DNA of 64,000 nt. It comes from Lama glama (Eukaryota). Within the stretch, counting starts at the first letter, position 1. Each line of letters opens with the position of its first letter. This document shows positions 51,918 through 64,000 of this stretch, in pieces. Below the pieces are notes generated by a model. The model searched no databases and was not told where the DNA came from. It saw nothing but the letters and a program-made list of their open reading frames with translations. The stretch spans positions 82,338,001-82,402,000 of the forward strand of contig CM052817.1 in assembly GCA_028534125.1 (NCBI GenBank), in the 5' to 3' direction. Position numbers and translations under genes: made by a program.

Positions 51918-52150
51918 AGTTCATTCATTTATATTATAGATATTTATAATTGGTATTTTTCCAGGCTAGAAACACAGCATTATAAAACCAAGTCTTTGCC
52001 CCCATGGAAATTACACTCTAGTTGGGATAGATATGTAATAATAATTTAAAATATATTCGATATATTATATGACTGTTACTATGGACATGAAAGTGGCCAA
52101 ATTAGGACTCAGTGAGAAGTTGGACTTTTAATAAAATTTTCAGGAGGGGA
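51918..52150 (-). mobile_element. L2 LINE 3' end
   Basis: ttcattcattt..ccaggctag..aaaaccaagtctttgcccccatggaaattacactctagttggga. Confidence 0.6.
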
Positions 52151-52159
52151 GGGAGCCAG

Positions 52160-52605
52160 CCTGCAGCCAATATGTCTGTCCAATAGTGAGTCTCAGATTT
52201 GCTTCAGCAGGTCCGTTTGCCTCTGTTCTGACTGACTGAAGACAGTGAAGTAACAGTTCTTAAATATTTTGGGTATCATTCCTAAGTAGACATCCATTGT
52301 TTTCCCAGCAGCCACCCCTGCCTTTTTTTTTTTTTCTTGGACTAGCAACCCTTCTCTCTGAAACCTAAATCCATCTTTCTTAGTCCAGAAATGATAAACC
52401 CAGGATTAAAGTTCAGCCAAAACCTGGCTGATCATAGACCTTCCCAGGTTTTTAACCATAGATTTAAGAAGAGGTTCTCAGTGTCCTTCTATGGGCAAAG
52501 TAGTGATGTATAGAGTACAGTAACCTCTGCGAGCTATATATATAAACAGATCTTCCTCTTGTTGTGTGCCTGGTTGAAGTTGAATTTATGTAACTTGTAA
52601 AAAGT
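52160..52605 (+). mobile_element. Old MLT1J/K-like LTR remnant
   Basis: Ends ttcctcttgttgtgtgcctggttgaagttgaatttatgtaacttgtaa, resembling MLT1 3' ends. Weak. Confidence 0.4.
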
Positions 52606-54479
52606 AATTTTAAATAACTCAATCAAATAGCCACTGTGGTAATATCTGTAAAGTAAACACTGTTAGGATATCTCAAAATTACTCCAGAGAAATCTGATTT
52701 AATTACAGATCGAAAGCAGAGAGCACTCACTATCACATAAACCATTACATTTAATCCTTGCAAAACTCACATGTGGCTTACTTCACCTGGGTGACTTTCC
52801 AAATTCATACATGCAACAATTAAGTTGCAAAATCATGATTCAAACTGAGATTCCAAAGCTAAACTATTAAAGCATAGTATTAATGGTTACTAGGTTGCCA
52901 GAATTTGGTAGAAAATTTATTGTTTACTTGTGTTTTTTAAAATTCTATACATATTTGTTGAGAAATCAAAGATGAGAAAGTAATAATAATAAAAATAAAA
53001 TGCTGTGATATTTCAGATAAAGTGGAAGTTGGCACTTAGACAACTCTGCAAGTATTCTACATTATTATGCTCTTATTGTAGTCTGTGAGAGTGTTTCTCC
53101 TTCCTTCCAGTCAGACTTCTGTTTTTCAGTCTTACTACAAATGTGACAGAGAATTTTTTCCAGAGTTGACTTTCAGCCCCATATAAAATTTGACTAGCTT
53201 AACAATTATACAAAGCCTTAGAAAGTGGCTTTATTATACAGTTCTGTTCTCCTTGCTCAGTGATATGGACAGTTTTCTCAATGTATAGAAAACAAATTAA
53301 TGTTCATATGTTTTAAAAATGATTACTCATAGCAATTTAGTTGACAAGTGACAGAACCAGAACCATAATCCAAGTAGTCTCTTAGTTTCATAGTCTCTCT
53401 ACTTAAAAGTATGCAAATGTATTATATTTTAAAGTCTTATGAATTGGTGATCATTTTTTGTTTTGTTTACTTTTTAATCTGCTATCTACCATTTGGTCAC
53501 TCTTTTGGGAGTTAGCTTTGAGCAAAAGGAGTAGAAAAATTACTTAAATGTCTGTTGTTTCAAGGAACAGACACTAAGACCTGCCCAAATACAGAATACT
53601 GAAAAGGAAACAGAAAGTTTGCAGGGAAGAAGACACATGTGACTTTTGGAGGATTTAATGTATCAGGATGTGAGGCAGCAACTGTCTGTGTCTGTTCCAG
53701 AGAAGAAATGCAGTGTCTTTTCTACCTGAGACTGCAACCTGAGGATTTGATTTCTCTGCTGACTCATAGTCTGTGTCTGTCCTTTGCTTTACTTGGGTTT
53801 ATTGTGGTACTGTCTCAAGCCTTGACTCTCAGTGGAACTTCAGCTCCAGAGCCTACAGCTATATGTGTTTCTGAGTAGATTTTTTTTTCTTTTAAAGATC
53901 AGACTGTTTCTTAGCCAATCAGTTTGTTGACTCTTTTTAGGTTAAATATAAACTCTGGTCTAATTTGATATGTCCAGAAGGATGAGTCCAATAACATACA
54001 CATGGGTGTCCCAGCATATCTTTTACAAATAATTTGGCCTTTCAGAGAGAGTTATATGAAGGATTATGAAATTTTGTTAGTTGAGAAAAATTTACCTTAG
54101 AACTTTATTTTCCCTAAGAGGATATGTAATCCACATACATGTCTGTACTCTTCTCTTTACTTTTCCCCAGTAGGCACTTTCAATGCTTCCAGATGAAGGG
54201 GCTCAGAAAACGTTTGGTAAATGTGTTCTTCTGGATAAGGTCAAACTGTTTTGCACCTAAGGAATTTCTAATAAAATCAATAGCCAGAATGAAATTTTAT
54301 AGAAACAAAAACATGTGAACCATGACTGACAAAGCTCTGTGAGGTGTGACTGACAAAAACATTAGTCAAGATTTCTTGGGAGCAGATCAGCTAAGTCTGG
54401 GCAAAACTACTATGCTTATAGCAGATTAAAAGTATGGACCATTCAGAACTGACTAGCAGCTTATGATTATCATGGATTT

Positions 54480-55190
54480 TATTTTCTTAACGTTTCATCT
54501 ATAAATAATAGGATTATAGATACATTGCAAAATAGCTCAGAGAATCCCTGCCTATACTTTACACTGAGATTCCCCAGATATGAACAGTTTACCACATAAA
54601 ATACATATAGACTATGGAATTTTCTGAACCATTTAAAAGTAAATGATGGACAGGACTCCTTCTGCCCCTAAACAATTTCCAAGAAACAAGGACAGTCTTG
54701 CATGACCAAAGTACAATTACAAATATCAGAAAGTCACCACCAACATAATAGAATTATCTAATCTGTAGATCTTATTCAAAGTTTGAAAATTTCTCCATAA
54801 TATCCTTCACCTGGTCAAGAATCTAATACAATTACATGTTTCATTGAGCTGTGATGCTGTTTAATCTTCTTTAATTTGGAACAGGTCTTTAGATTGTCTT
54901 TCGTGGCCTTAGCTCTTATGAGGAATATACAGTGTCTCTCAGTTTAGTTTTGTCTGTTATTTCCTCATGGTTGTATTCAGAGTTTGTATTTTGATGGAGT
55001 ATTTCAGAAGTGATTTTGTATTCTTCTCAGTATAGCATACCAGAAGACTTGATCTTGATTTGACCCATTACTAATTATATTAAATTGATCACTTGGTGGT
55101 GGTAACTGCAAAACTTCTCTACTATAAAGTTGCAATATTGCCTTTGGACTCAATTAGTATATTGGAGGGGGTGGAGATACTTTGTGACTA
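54480..55190 (-). mobile_element. L1MC4/5-like 3'UTR
   Basis: ttttctgaaccatttaaaagt..cccctaaa..ccaagaaacaaggaca..tatctaatctgtagatcttattcaaa..tctttaatttggaacag..ggagatactttgtgacta. Confidence 0.75.
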
Positions 55191-55292
55191 CATTTAACTT
55201 TCGAACAATGCAGGGTTAGGATCCCCCACCATCCAGGCAGTCAAAAATCCATGTATAATTTATAACTAACCCTTCAAATCTGAGGTTACTTT

Positions 55293-57134
55293 CTTTTTTT
55301 AATTGAGATATAGTCAGTTCACAATGTTTTGTCCATTTCTGGTGTACAGCATAATGGTTCAGTCATACATATACATACGTATATTTGTTTTCATATTCTT
55401 TTTCATTATAGGTTACTACAAGGTATTGAATATAGTTGCCTGTGGTATATGGTATAAGCTTGTTGTTTATCTATTTTATATATAGTAAGTAGTATCTGAA
55501 CATCTCGAACTCCCAATTTATCCCTTCCCATCCTCTTTCCCCCTTGGTAACCATGAGTTTGTTTTCTATGTCTCTGAGTCTGTTTCTGTTTTGTAAATAA
55601 GTTCATTTGTGTCTTTTTGTTTTTTGAGATTCCACATATAAGTGATATCATATGGTATTTTTCTTTCTCTTTCTGGCTTACTTCACTTAGAATGACTATC
55701 TCTAGATGCATTGATGTTGCTGAAAATGGCATTGTTTTATTCTTTTTCATGGCGGAGTCGTATTCCATTGTATAAATACACCACAACTTATTTATCCAGT
55801 CATCAGTTGATGCACATTTAAATTGTATCCATGTCTTGGCTATTGTAAATAGAACCCTGGGATGCATGTATCTTTTTGAATTAGAGTCCCCTCCCGAATA
55901 TATGTCTGGAGTGTGATTGCTGGATCATGTAGTAAGTCTCTTTTTAGCTTTTTGAGAAATCTCCATACTGTTTTCCATAATGCCTGCACCATGATTCCCA
56001 CCAACAGTGTAAGAGGGTTCCCTTTTCTCTACACCCTCTCCAGGATTTATTGTTTGTGGACTTTCTAATGGTGGCCATTCTGACTGATGTGAGGTGATAC
56101 TTCATTGTAGTTCTTATTTGCATTTCTCTGATAATTACTGATATTGAGCATTTTTTCATGTGCCTACTGGCCATTTCTATGTCTTCACTGGAGAATTGCT
56201 TATTTAGGTCTCCTGCCCATTTATGGATTAGGTTTTTTGTTTTTTTGTTATTAAGTTGTTTGCACTGTTTGTGGATTCTGGAAATTAAGCCCTTGTCTGT
56301 TGCATCATTGGCAAATATTTTCTCCCATTCTGTAGGTTGTTGTTTGGTTTTGCTTATGGTTTCCTTTGCTTTGCAAAAGCTTATATGTTTAATTAGGTCC
56401 CATTTGTTAATTTTTGCTTTTATTTCTATTGCCTGGGTAGACTGCCCTGGGAGAACATTGCTAAGATTTATATCAGAAAATGTTTTGCCTGAGTTTTCTT
56501 CTGAGAGGTTTATAGTGTCTTGTTTTACGTTTATGTCTTTAGGCCGTTTTGAGTTAATTTTTGTGTATGGTGTGAGGGAGTGTTCTAAATTCATTTATTT
56601 ACATGCAGCTGTCCCATTTTCCCAACACAAATTGCTGAAGAGACAGTCTTTTCTCCATCGTATATTCTTGCCTCCCTTTTTGAAGATTAATTGACTATCG
56701 GTTTGTGGGTCTATTTTTGGGCTCTCTATTCTGTTCCATTGATCCCTATGTCTATTTTTATGCAAGTACAATGCTGTTTTGATTATGGTAGCTTTGTAGT
56801 ATTGTCTGAAGTCTGGGAGGGTTATTCCTTCAGCTTCATTCTTTTTCTTCAATGTTGCTTTGGCAATTCTGGGTCTTTAGTGAATCCATATAAATTTTAG
56901 GATTATTTGTTCTAGTTTGGTGAAAAATGACTTGGGTAATTTAATAGGGATTGCATTAAGTCTGTAGATTGCTTTGGGTAGTATGGCCATTTTAACAATA
57001 TTGATTCTTCCAATCCAAGGGCATGGGATATCTTCTCATTTCTTTAATACATCTTTAATTTCCTTAAACAGTGTTTTGTAATGCTCCATGCATAAGTCTT
57101 TCACCTCTTAGGTCAATAGGTTTATTCCTAGGTA

Positions 57135-57166
<32 letters not shown>

Positions 57167-58354
57167 GTGATTTTAAAAGGGATTCTTTCTTTACATACCT
57201 TTTTTTGGTAATTCATTGTTAGTGTAAAGAGATGCAGTTGATTTCTGTATGTTAATCTTGTATCCTGCTACCTTGCTGAATTGTTTTATCACCTCTAGTC
57301 ATTTTTGTTTGGAGCCTTTAGAGTTTTCTATATATAATATCATGTCATCTGCATACAGTGACAATTTTACTTCTTCTCTTACAATTTAGATCCCTTTTAT
57401 TTCTTTCTCTTGCTTCATTGCTATCAATAGGACTTCCAGTACTATGTTGAATAGAAGTGGTGAGAGTTAGTATCCTTGTCTTTTCCAAATTTTAGTGGGA
57501 ACACTTTCAGCTTTTCACCATCGAGTATTATGCTGGTTGTGGGTTTATCATAAATAGCTTTTATTATATTGAGATATGTTCCCTCTATACTCACTTTGGT
57601 AAGAGTTTTTATCATAAATGGGTGTTGAATTTTATCAAATGCTTTTCTGCATCTATTGAGATAATCATAAGTTTTTTGTCCTATCCTTTGTTGATATGAT
57701 GTATCACGTTGATTAATTTGTGTATGTTGAACCATCGTTGTGTCCCTGGAATGAATCCAACTTGATTGTAGTATAAGATCTTTTTTATGTGTTGTTGAAT
57801 TCTGTTTGCTAATATTTTGTTGAGAATTTTTGCATCTATGTGCACCAACGATATTGGCCTATAGCTTTCTTTTTTGGTGGTGTCTTTGTCTAGCTTTGGT
57901 ATCAGGGTGATGATGGCTTCATAGAATGAGTTTGAGAGTATACCTTCCTCTTCAGTCTTTTGGAAGCATTTGAGAAGGACTGGTATGAGCTCTTCTTTGT
58001 ATGTTTGATAGAATTCCCCAGTGAAGCCACCTGGTCCTGGACTTCTCTTTTTGCAGGGAGGTTTTTTTATTGCTGATTCTATTTCACGTCTAGTGATTGG
58101 TCTGTTCAAATAATCTATTTCTTCTTGATTCAGTTTGGTGGACTCATATTTCTAGAAACTCGTCCACCCCTTCTAGTTTGTCCAATCTGTTGCCATATAG
58201 TTGTTCATAGTATTCTCTCATGTTTTTTTTTTCTTTTTTAATTTCTCTGGTGTTGGTTGGAATTTCTCCGTTTTCCTTTCTTATTTTATTTATTTATGTT
58301 CTCTCTCTTTTCTTCTTGTTGAGGCTGGCCAGAAGTTTGTAAATTTTGTTTACT
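55293..58354 (-). mobile_element. Lineage-specific L1, 5'-truncated (about 3.06 kb), with frameshifted ORF2 including the RT domain
   Basis: Minus ORFs carry ORF2 peptides ([88 protein letters not shown]). 3'UTR and poly-T at 55293. TSD tgaggttacttt (55281-55292) and tgaggtttcttt (58355-58366). Confidence 0.97.
57137..57166. repeat. (TG)n microsatellite inside L1 ORF2
   Basis: Read directly. Confidence 0.9.
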
Positions 58355-59480
58355 TGAGGTTTCTTTATGTCCAGTTCTGCATCCTCAGATTCAACCAATT
58401 CTGGATCAGATCATGTACCACCAAAATACTTACTTTTGAAAAAAATCTGAATATAAGTTGACCCATGCAGTTCAAATCCATGTTGTTCAAGGGTCAACTG
58501 CATTTGACACTTTCTTTCAATTTCATTTCATTTTTTTTTCTGTTTTAGTTTAGTTGTGCTTTTGTTTGTTTGTTTGTTTTTCCCTCTTCTGTTCTTTTTC
58601 TCCAAGTGACAATTCAAGTGTTAGATTTTACCCATGTATTCAGCAGGGTCACACTAAGCAATGCTATTATCAGCAGTTCTGAAAATAGCCGAAACTTGTT
58701 TAATTTCACTAATCACTTTTCTCTGGGAAACAATATAGCTTTTGCCTTTATGGGCCCCATTCTTGCCTTTGATCTGAGATTATCTTTACATGGGCTCCTT
58801 TCCCCCATCTGAATCCATATAGGAGCAAATTCTTTAAACAAACTTCCCAAGTTATTCTTTATGGTTGACTTGAAATTCTTATTCTCTGCAGCATAATTCA
58901 CCTGTGTAGAATCAGATTTTCCCTGATTCAATAGTAGTAAATGCCTCTTAACCTCATTATGGCTTTGAGTATTTACATTTCTTTTATCAGTAATATGGCA
59001 GAATCTACAAAGATAGATAGAATAATGTTTTAAAACCAAGGTATGGAAACATTTATTTAATGAAAAAACTTGCCCTAATCTGAGACTAAAAGTGATGATT
59101 TAAGGAGATGTTTGCTATTTTATACTATGGTGTCACATCCCCTAAGCCTATCTCTAGGGCACTACAACCTCTATAAACATAAGCTACAGGATGTTCAAAG
59201 TGTTTGCCAAACTGCTTGGGTCAGCATATTTCAGGTTTATCTGGTCTTGGGGTAGCATAGCCAGTGAGTGTATCAATCTTGCTGGAGTTCTGAAGTGGGC
59301 AAGTCTGGAATACATACAGAATAGTGACAATGGGTTTAAATAAGTAAGGATTTAGAGATTATTGTATTGGACATTTTAAATATACTCATTAATAGATTTA
59401 GCTTGAGAATATTATATAAACTTAGTTGATAAACCATTGTCATGGTTTGAAAAGACCAACTCCAATTTGTGTGACTCACT

Positions 59481-59531
59481 TAATTGTGGTAGTTTGGAAC
59501 TGAACCTGCAATATCTCCAATGTTTGCCTGT
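59481..59531. mobile_element. Tigger1 terminal fragment
   Basis: ttgtggtagtttggaactgaacctgcaatatctccaatgtttgcctg resembles the recalled Tigger1 end. Confidence 0.7.
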
Positions 59532-59569
59532 GTTAGTCCATAGGAACTAAAACAAAAGAAACCAAACAA

Positions 59570-59949
59570 AAAACTATGTATCTCATAGATACAGAGAACA
59601 GATTGGTGGTGGCCGGAGGCAGGGCAGTGGGCAGATTGTCCAAATGTGTGCAGGGAGTCAAAAGGTACAAATGTATACAATAAATAAGTCATAGGGAAGT
59701 AATCTACAGCTCGGTTAGTATAGTTAGTAACACTGTATTTTGTATTTGAACGTTGTTAAGAGAGTAGATCTTAAAAGTTCTCATGACAATTAAAAAATAA
59801 GAAAAAATGTGGAACTACATATGGTGACAGATATTAACTAGACTTTTTGTGGTAATTAATTTGCAATATGTTTAAATATTGAATCATTATGTTTTACACC
59901 TGAAACTAATGTAATCTTGCATGTCAATTATACCTCAGTTAAAAAAAAA
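59570..59949 (+). mobile_element. L1MA9-like LINE-1 3' end
   Basis: ctcatagatacagagaacagattggtgg..gtcaaaaggtacaaa..aagagagtagatcttaaaagttctca..tacacctgaaactaat..gtcaattatacctca plus an A tail. Confidence 0.88.
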
Positions 59950-62900
59950 TTGTGTATCAAGTTGACTATATGGTAGACTTAGTATTCCCTAACAGAGCAA
60001 AAACCTGTCATTCTTTATTTATGTATTCAGTGTATTTTTGAACTCTAACTTGTGCAGTACAGTCTGGAATGATTAGGATAATAGAGGTACTCAAGCAAAG
60101 GAGCTTCCTGAAAATTGGCTATTTGTGAACCAGATGTGGAGGTTTCATTGACTTAAAGTCTTCAGGGCATAATGAGAAAATATGAGTCTCAAAAAAAGAA
60201 ATGGAAATGTACCAGTATCCTATCATGGCAGAAACAAGAGGACTTCTATTTTTCTAGTTTTATTCTTTTCTGGCCAATAAATAGAACTTCAGTCCTTTAA
60301 AAAAATCATAATAGTACTAAAAGACTAGAAAATTATTGACCCTGATATAAAAATGTGGAAAATTTCATCTTTAGTCATCAAATCCTAGAATCATATGTGC
60401 TCAACACTCAAAGGAACATTGAAAGCCATCTTGTTATTCCACCCCTGTGGTGGAGATTTGGTTGAGTACTATGTAACCTTATATGCTGTTATCTCTGTGC
60501 ATTTGTGTGTTCTTTTCTACAGAGATAAGTAATGTTTTAGAGAGTCTAAACAGATTTTTATGACAATGATTCTTCTCTGAGATAATATATGGAAATATTT
60601 TGCATCTAATTTTAGTTCTGCAAAAGGTCATTAGGATATCACCTTTGTCTTGGTGGGACAAACCAAAAGTTTACTAACCTCTGTTGAATAAGCTAGTATT
60701 ACCACATTCTTATGCTGCTTTTTGTCTGTACTTTATGAGTCTGCACATGTAAATCCATAAAAACCAATGAGAAAAATCTATCCCTAGCACTTCAGTACTG
60801 ATTATTAACATAATTCCACTGATGCACTTGTGTCTAGAGGAGCTCAACACTCAAGATGCATAATTTGAATTGACGTTGCTTAGAAATATGGTTCAAATAG
60901 TCAAGGAAGAGTAAAAGCAAAATCCAGACTGTGGAATTTTATCCTGGCACTGTATATTTTAATAATTGTAGATTCAAAAGTGAGCTTATATACAAAATTC
61001 CAACATATTAAATCTAAAGGAGGCTGATATCAATTAGTATAGTATGTATTACAAAATATGGTAATTAATAATTACTTTCTAGCTTTGATGTCTAAAGAAA
61101 ATCTTTAGCAACACTGATCTATTTCCAGTCCTTTTAAACCCTTTTACAAAGTGCTAAATTTGACAAGGCATTGCTCTGCTGACCGTGTACAGTAAATAAC
61201 CAAAGCATGGAATGTATCATTGGAGGACCTACTGTTGATGAAATCATCATAATTTTTATAGCCTGGCTCACTTTTACAAGCAGAAGTGCTGCAAGGGTCA
61301 AAGCCCTGTTTCATGTCATATGGCAGTTGAACGAAGCTGGACACCCACCGTGAGACACTGAGGTGGCCAGCTGGCATGGTGGCAGCTCTGCAGTAGTGTC
61401 TTGCCCACCCACATGGTGTTTTTAAACCAGTAAATAAAGAACACAACAGTAGTTTTGTAAAATTACCAACTATAAACAATTAACTCATTAAAGTATTGAC
61501 AACAAAAAGAGAGAGAGAAATTGCACGTGAATCTTAAATATGCTGGAAGAATAAGACCTTTCCAAATGCAATGAACTGGCCAGAAAAAGAAGAAAAAAAA
61601 AAACACCTCTTAAAATGCTATATGAGACAACATAGTCTTCTACTTTCAAGTTTTAGCCAAGAAATTGCAGAAGAGAATTAGATGTAACTACCAGTTTTAG
61701 CCATAATATTAACATGTAAAACACCACAGGGTATCTTCAGGACCTTTCTTTGGTATTCTAAGAAACAAACACTCTGTGAAGTAGAGCAGGCTATATATTA
61801 AGTGCTCTGACATACAGCACTTATGTCATGCTCCGATTTCAGAACCTAATACCAAAACCTGACATTCTAATAAATGAAAACTAGTGGGTAGCTAGAATGA
61901 TTTAAATCATTTGGACCTCTCTAGTCTACACGTTTACTTGTTTAAAAAAATATTAATTACACTTGAAAAAAAACTTTATTGTGTTTTCTAAATTGACTAA
62001 TGGAGGTGTTAGTAATTGTTTTTGTTCTTGAAATAATAAAATAACTTAATTTAAAGAGTTATTTTAACCAAAATAATAAACATGTGGTGAAAAATTGTCT
62101 TGGATTAGCTCAGGGGTGGGCCAAATACTTCCATATAGAGACCACATTTTCTGTGATTAAAATTTCTAGAAAATTTCACAGGTAAGAAATAATTTTTCAA
62201 GTGTTGTTTTTTTTACATAAAGAACTCAGATGCTCTACAACTTTAAGTTCCATTTAATCTATTGTTCTTTTTCAGCAACCACTGTTTACTTTTCATTTGT
62301 AGGACATTTCGCACATATCACTGCATATTTCTGCTGGCTTACTTTGTAAACTATCTGTAAGTTTTTCAAATAAGCTAGAAATTGTGATTCCTAATGAATG
62401 CATGTGATCACCAAGATAAAAGATAATCAAATAAAAATATTCGTTAAAAATAGTCCAGACTCTACCACAAGAGTAAATTATTGACCCTTTATCCTCTGTT
62501 CTGAGGTTTTTTTAGATAGTGAGAAGAGCTCAATGAAATTTATACGTTTTCAAAGATTCACTTGGTCATAATTTTTTTCTACAGTCCTCTACAGTCCAGA
62601 CTGCCTCCTCCAGAGCCTCAAATAATCAAGTTTTGTTTGTTTGTTTGTTTTTACAACAGCAGTAACCATGCAAAAGTGGAAGTTGTGAGGATTGAAGGAA
62701 GGGGAAAAAGAGGGTCGAGCAAATTTGTCTTCTATCAGCACATTTTAACTATAATGAGCATGTTAATATGATTCCCTTTTATCAAATTACCTTCTCAGCA
62801 TATCAAAAATGTCTTACCTCCCTCTAAGTGAGGCTCAGATTATAAATTCCCCCAGTTAGGATACAACCTTGGAATCTGCCTGGGACTATGGATAGAGACA

Positions 62901-64000
62901 ATGGAGAAAGTGAAATGGAATTCTAGGTGATACGACTTCAGGAAGCAAAGAATAGGTTGAAATGGCCAATGTTTGGGGTCAAAAGCACTGTCTGCTGAGA
63001 CAAAAGTAAGAGGACAAGAAGGTAGCATCTAGAAAATTTACTGAGAAAAGGTTCCCAGGGAACTGCAGATTTTGTGGTGTGCTACCTCAAAGTTGAAAGA
63101 AATATTTCTTAATATACAAAATTTGGACTGATAATCAAAAATGAAACAGAAGGACTATAATATTGACTGAGTGTAAAAAGGGGGAAAGGAATGAGACTAC
63201 AAGAAGCTGAGATGCAAGGTGAATGTAATATGGAAGAAAAATGTCTGGTGGTCAGCCCACAAGCATACACTGAACTCTACCAGCTGAAAGCAAACGTGAA
63301 GGCTCGGCATTTTTATAGGGTAGACTTAGCTAAGTCACATGGAACAAGAGGACAGAAAATAGAATTGGGAAATCTGAATTTTAATCCAGATTTTTAAATT
63401 ATCTGGAAAATAATTTGGAAAAATTACCTTACTAGGATGACATATCACCATTGGGAAATAGTATGTAAAAAGATAAATATGAAGACATATCCAGTTCCTA
63501 AATTCAATGTCAATAAAATGGGGTGGAGTAAAAGAGAGGATCCCCAATATGAACATCACCACATTCAGAATATTGCTTAGGTAAATTGTGTATTTTGTAC
63601 ACATTTTCCACTTTGAAATGACTTCATCAATGATGTCATATAGTGATTGGATTTAATCAGTATTGTTTTAAACTCTTTTTCTACCACCCCAGTGGAAACA
63701 AAGAGTACATTTTTTAACTGTGTAACATTTGAAACTAGACATTTTTTCTTCTTTTTTGTGATACGTATCCTTAAGTGGTTTAAAACAGTCATTAGTTCTG
63801 ATTTATGCCTTGTATATACAGAAAGTAAACTATTCTCTCACTGTAGTAGTTTCCAAGATACCATTTTGTAAATGACAAAGTATTGAGTTAACAAAAGAAA
63901 CTGAAGTCATTAATAAGGAAAACTGCTTTTCTGGAAACCCAAACATCTGAACAGCTAAGCTCTGAATAGAAATAAGCAATTTAAAGTTTTATGATAAGAC

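Larger units (their letters stand above)
55191..58500. mobile_element. MER8-like Tigger MITE split by a 3-kb L1 (55191-55292 and 58355-58500)
   Basis: Left part: catttaactttcgaacaatgcagggttagg..gcagtcaaaaatccatgtataa. Right part: gcatcctcagattcaaccaa..gacccatgcagttcaaatccatgttgttcaagggtcaactg. Preceded by TA. Confidence 0.85.

Noticed and set aside
55406..58109. Longest ORFs in the window (216, 178, 153, 142 aa) as genes
   Set aside because: They are frameshifted L1 ORF2 pieces or their antisense frames. No intact reverse transcriptase.
62160..62190. cacAG|GTAAGA as another recursive splice site
   Set aside because: The upstream tract is purine-interrupted and weak. The same applies to tgtAG|GTAAGC at about 24720.
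1..64000. CRISPR array, operon or prokaryotic defence system
   Set aside because: No regularly spaced repeat-spacer array and no dense coding sequence. The DNA is mammalian repeat-rich sequence.

Overview
This is AT-rich mammalian (eutherian) genomic DNA, not prokaryotic. The young LINE-1 3' ends look cetartiodactyl-like and I saw no Alu, B1, Bov-tA/CHR, PRE1 or Can-SINE. Both points suggest a camelid, but this rests on recalled consensus sequences, not a search. A large share of the window is decayed interspersed repeat: young and old L1, L2, CR1/L3, MIR, ERV1/ERVL/MaLR LTRs, an ERVL gag-protease relic, and Tigger and hAT MITEs, often nested. I can support no intact protein-coding gene, RNA gene or CRISPR array. 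The listed ORFs are L1 ORF2 fragments, microsatellite artefacts or chance ORFs. The best non-repeat signals are on the + strand: a consensus recursive-splice-like AG|GTAAGT junction (37785/37786), a candidate 18-nt microexon (32648-32665) and two candidate first exons (ending 8169 and 26521). Together they hint at a long intron of an unidentified + strand gene. Notable retrotransposon structures are an L1 with an in-frame internal deletion of the RT region and a 5'-inverted L1. Repeat subfamily names and most boundaries are approximate, from visual recognition. I found no convincing novel biological system.
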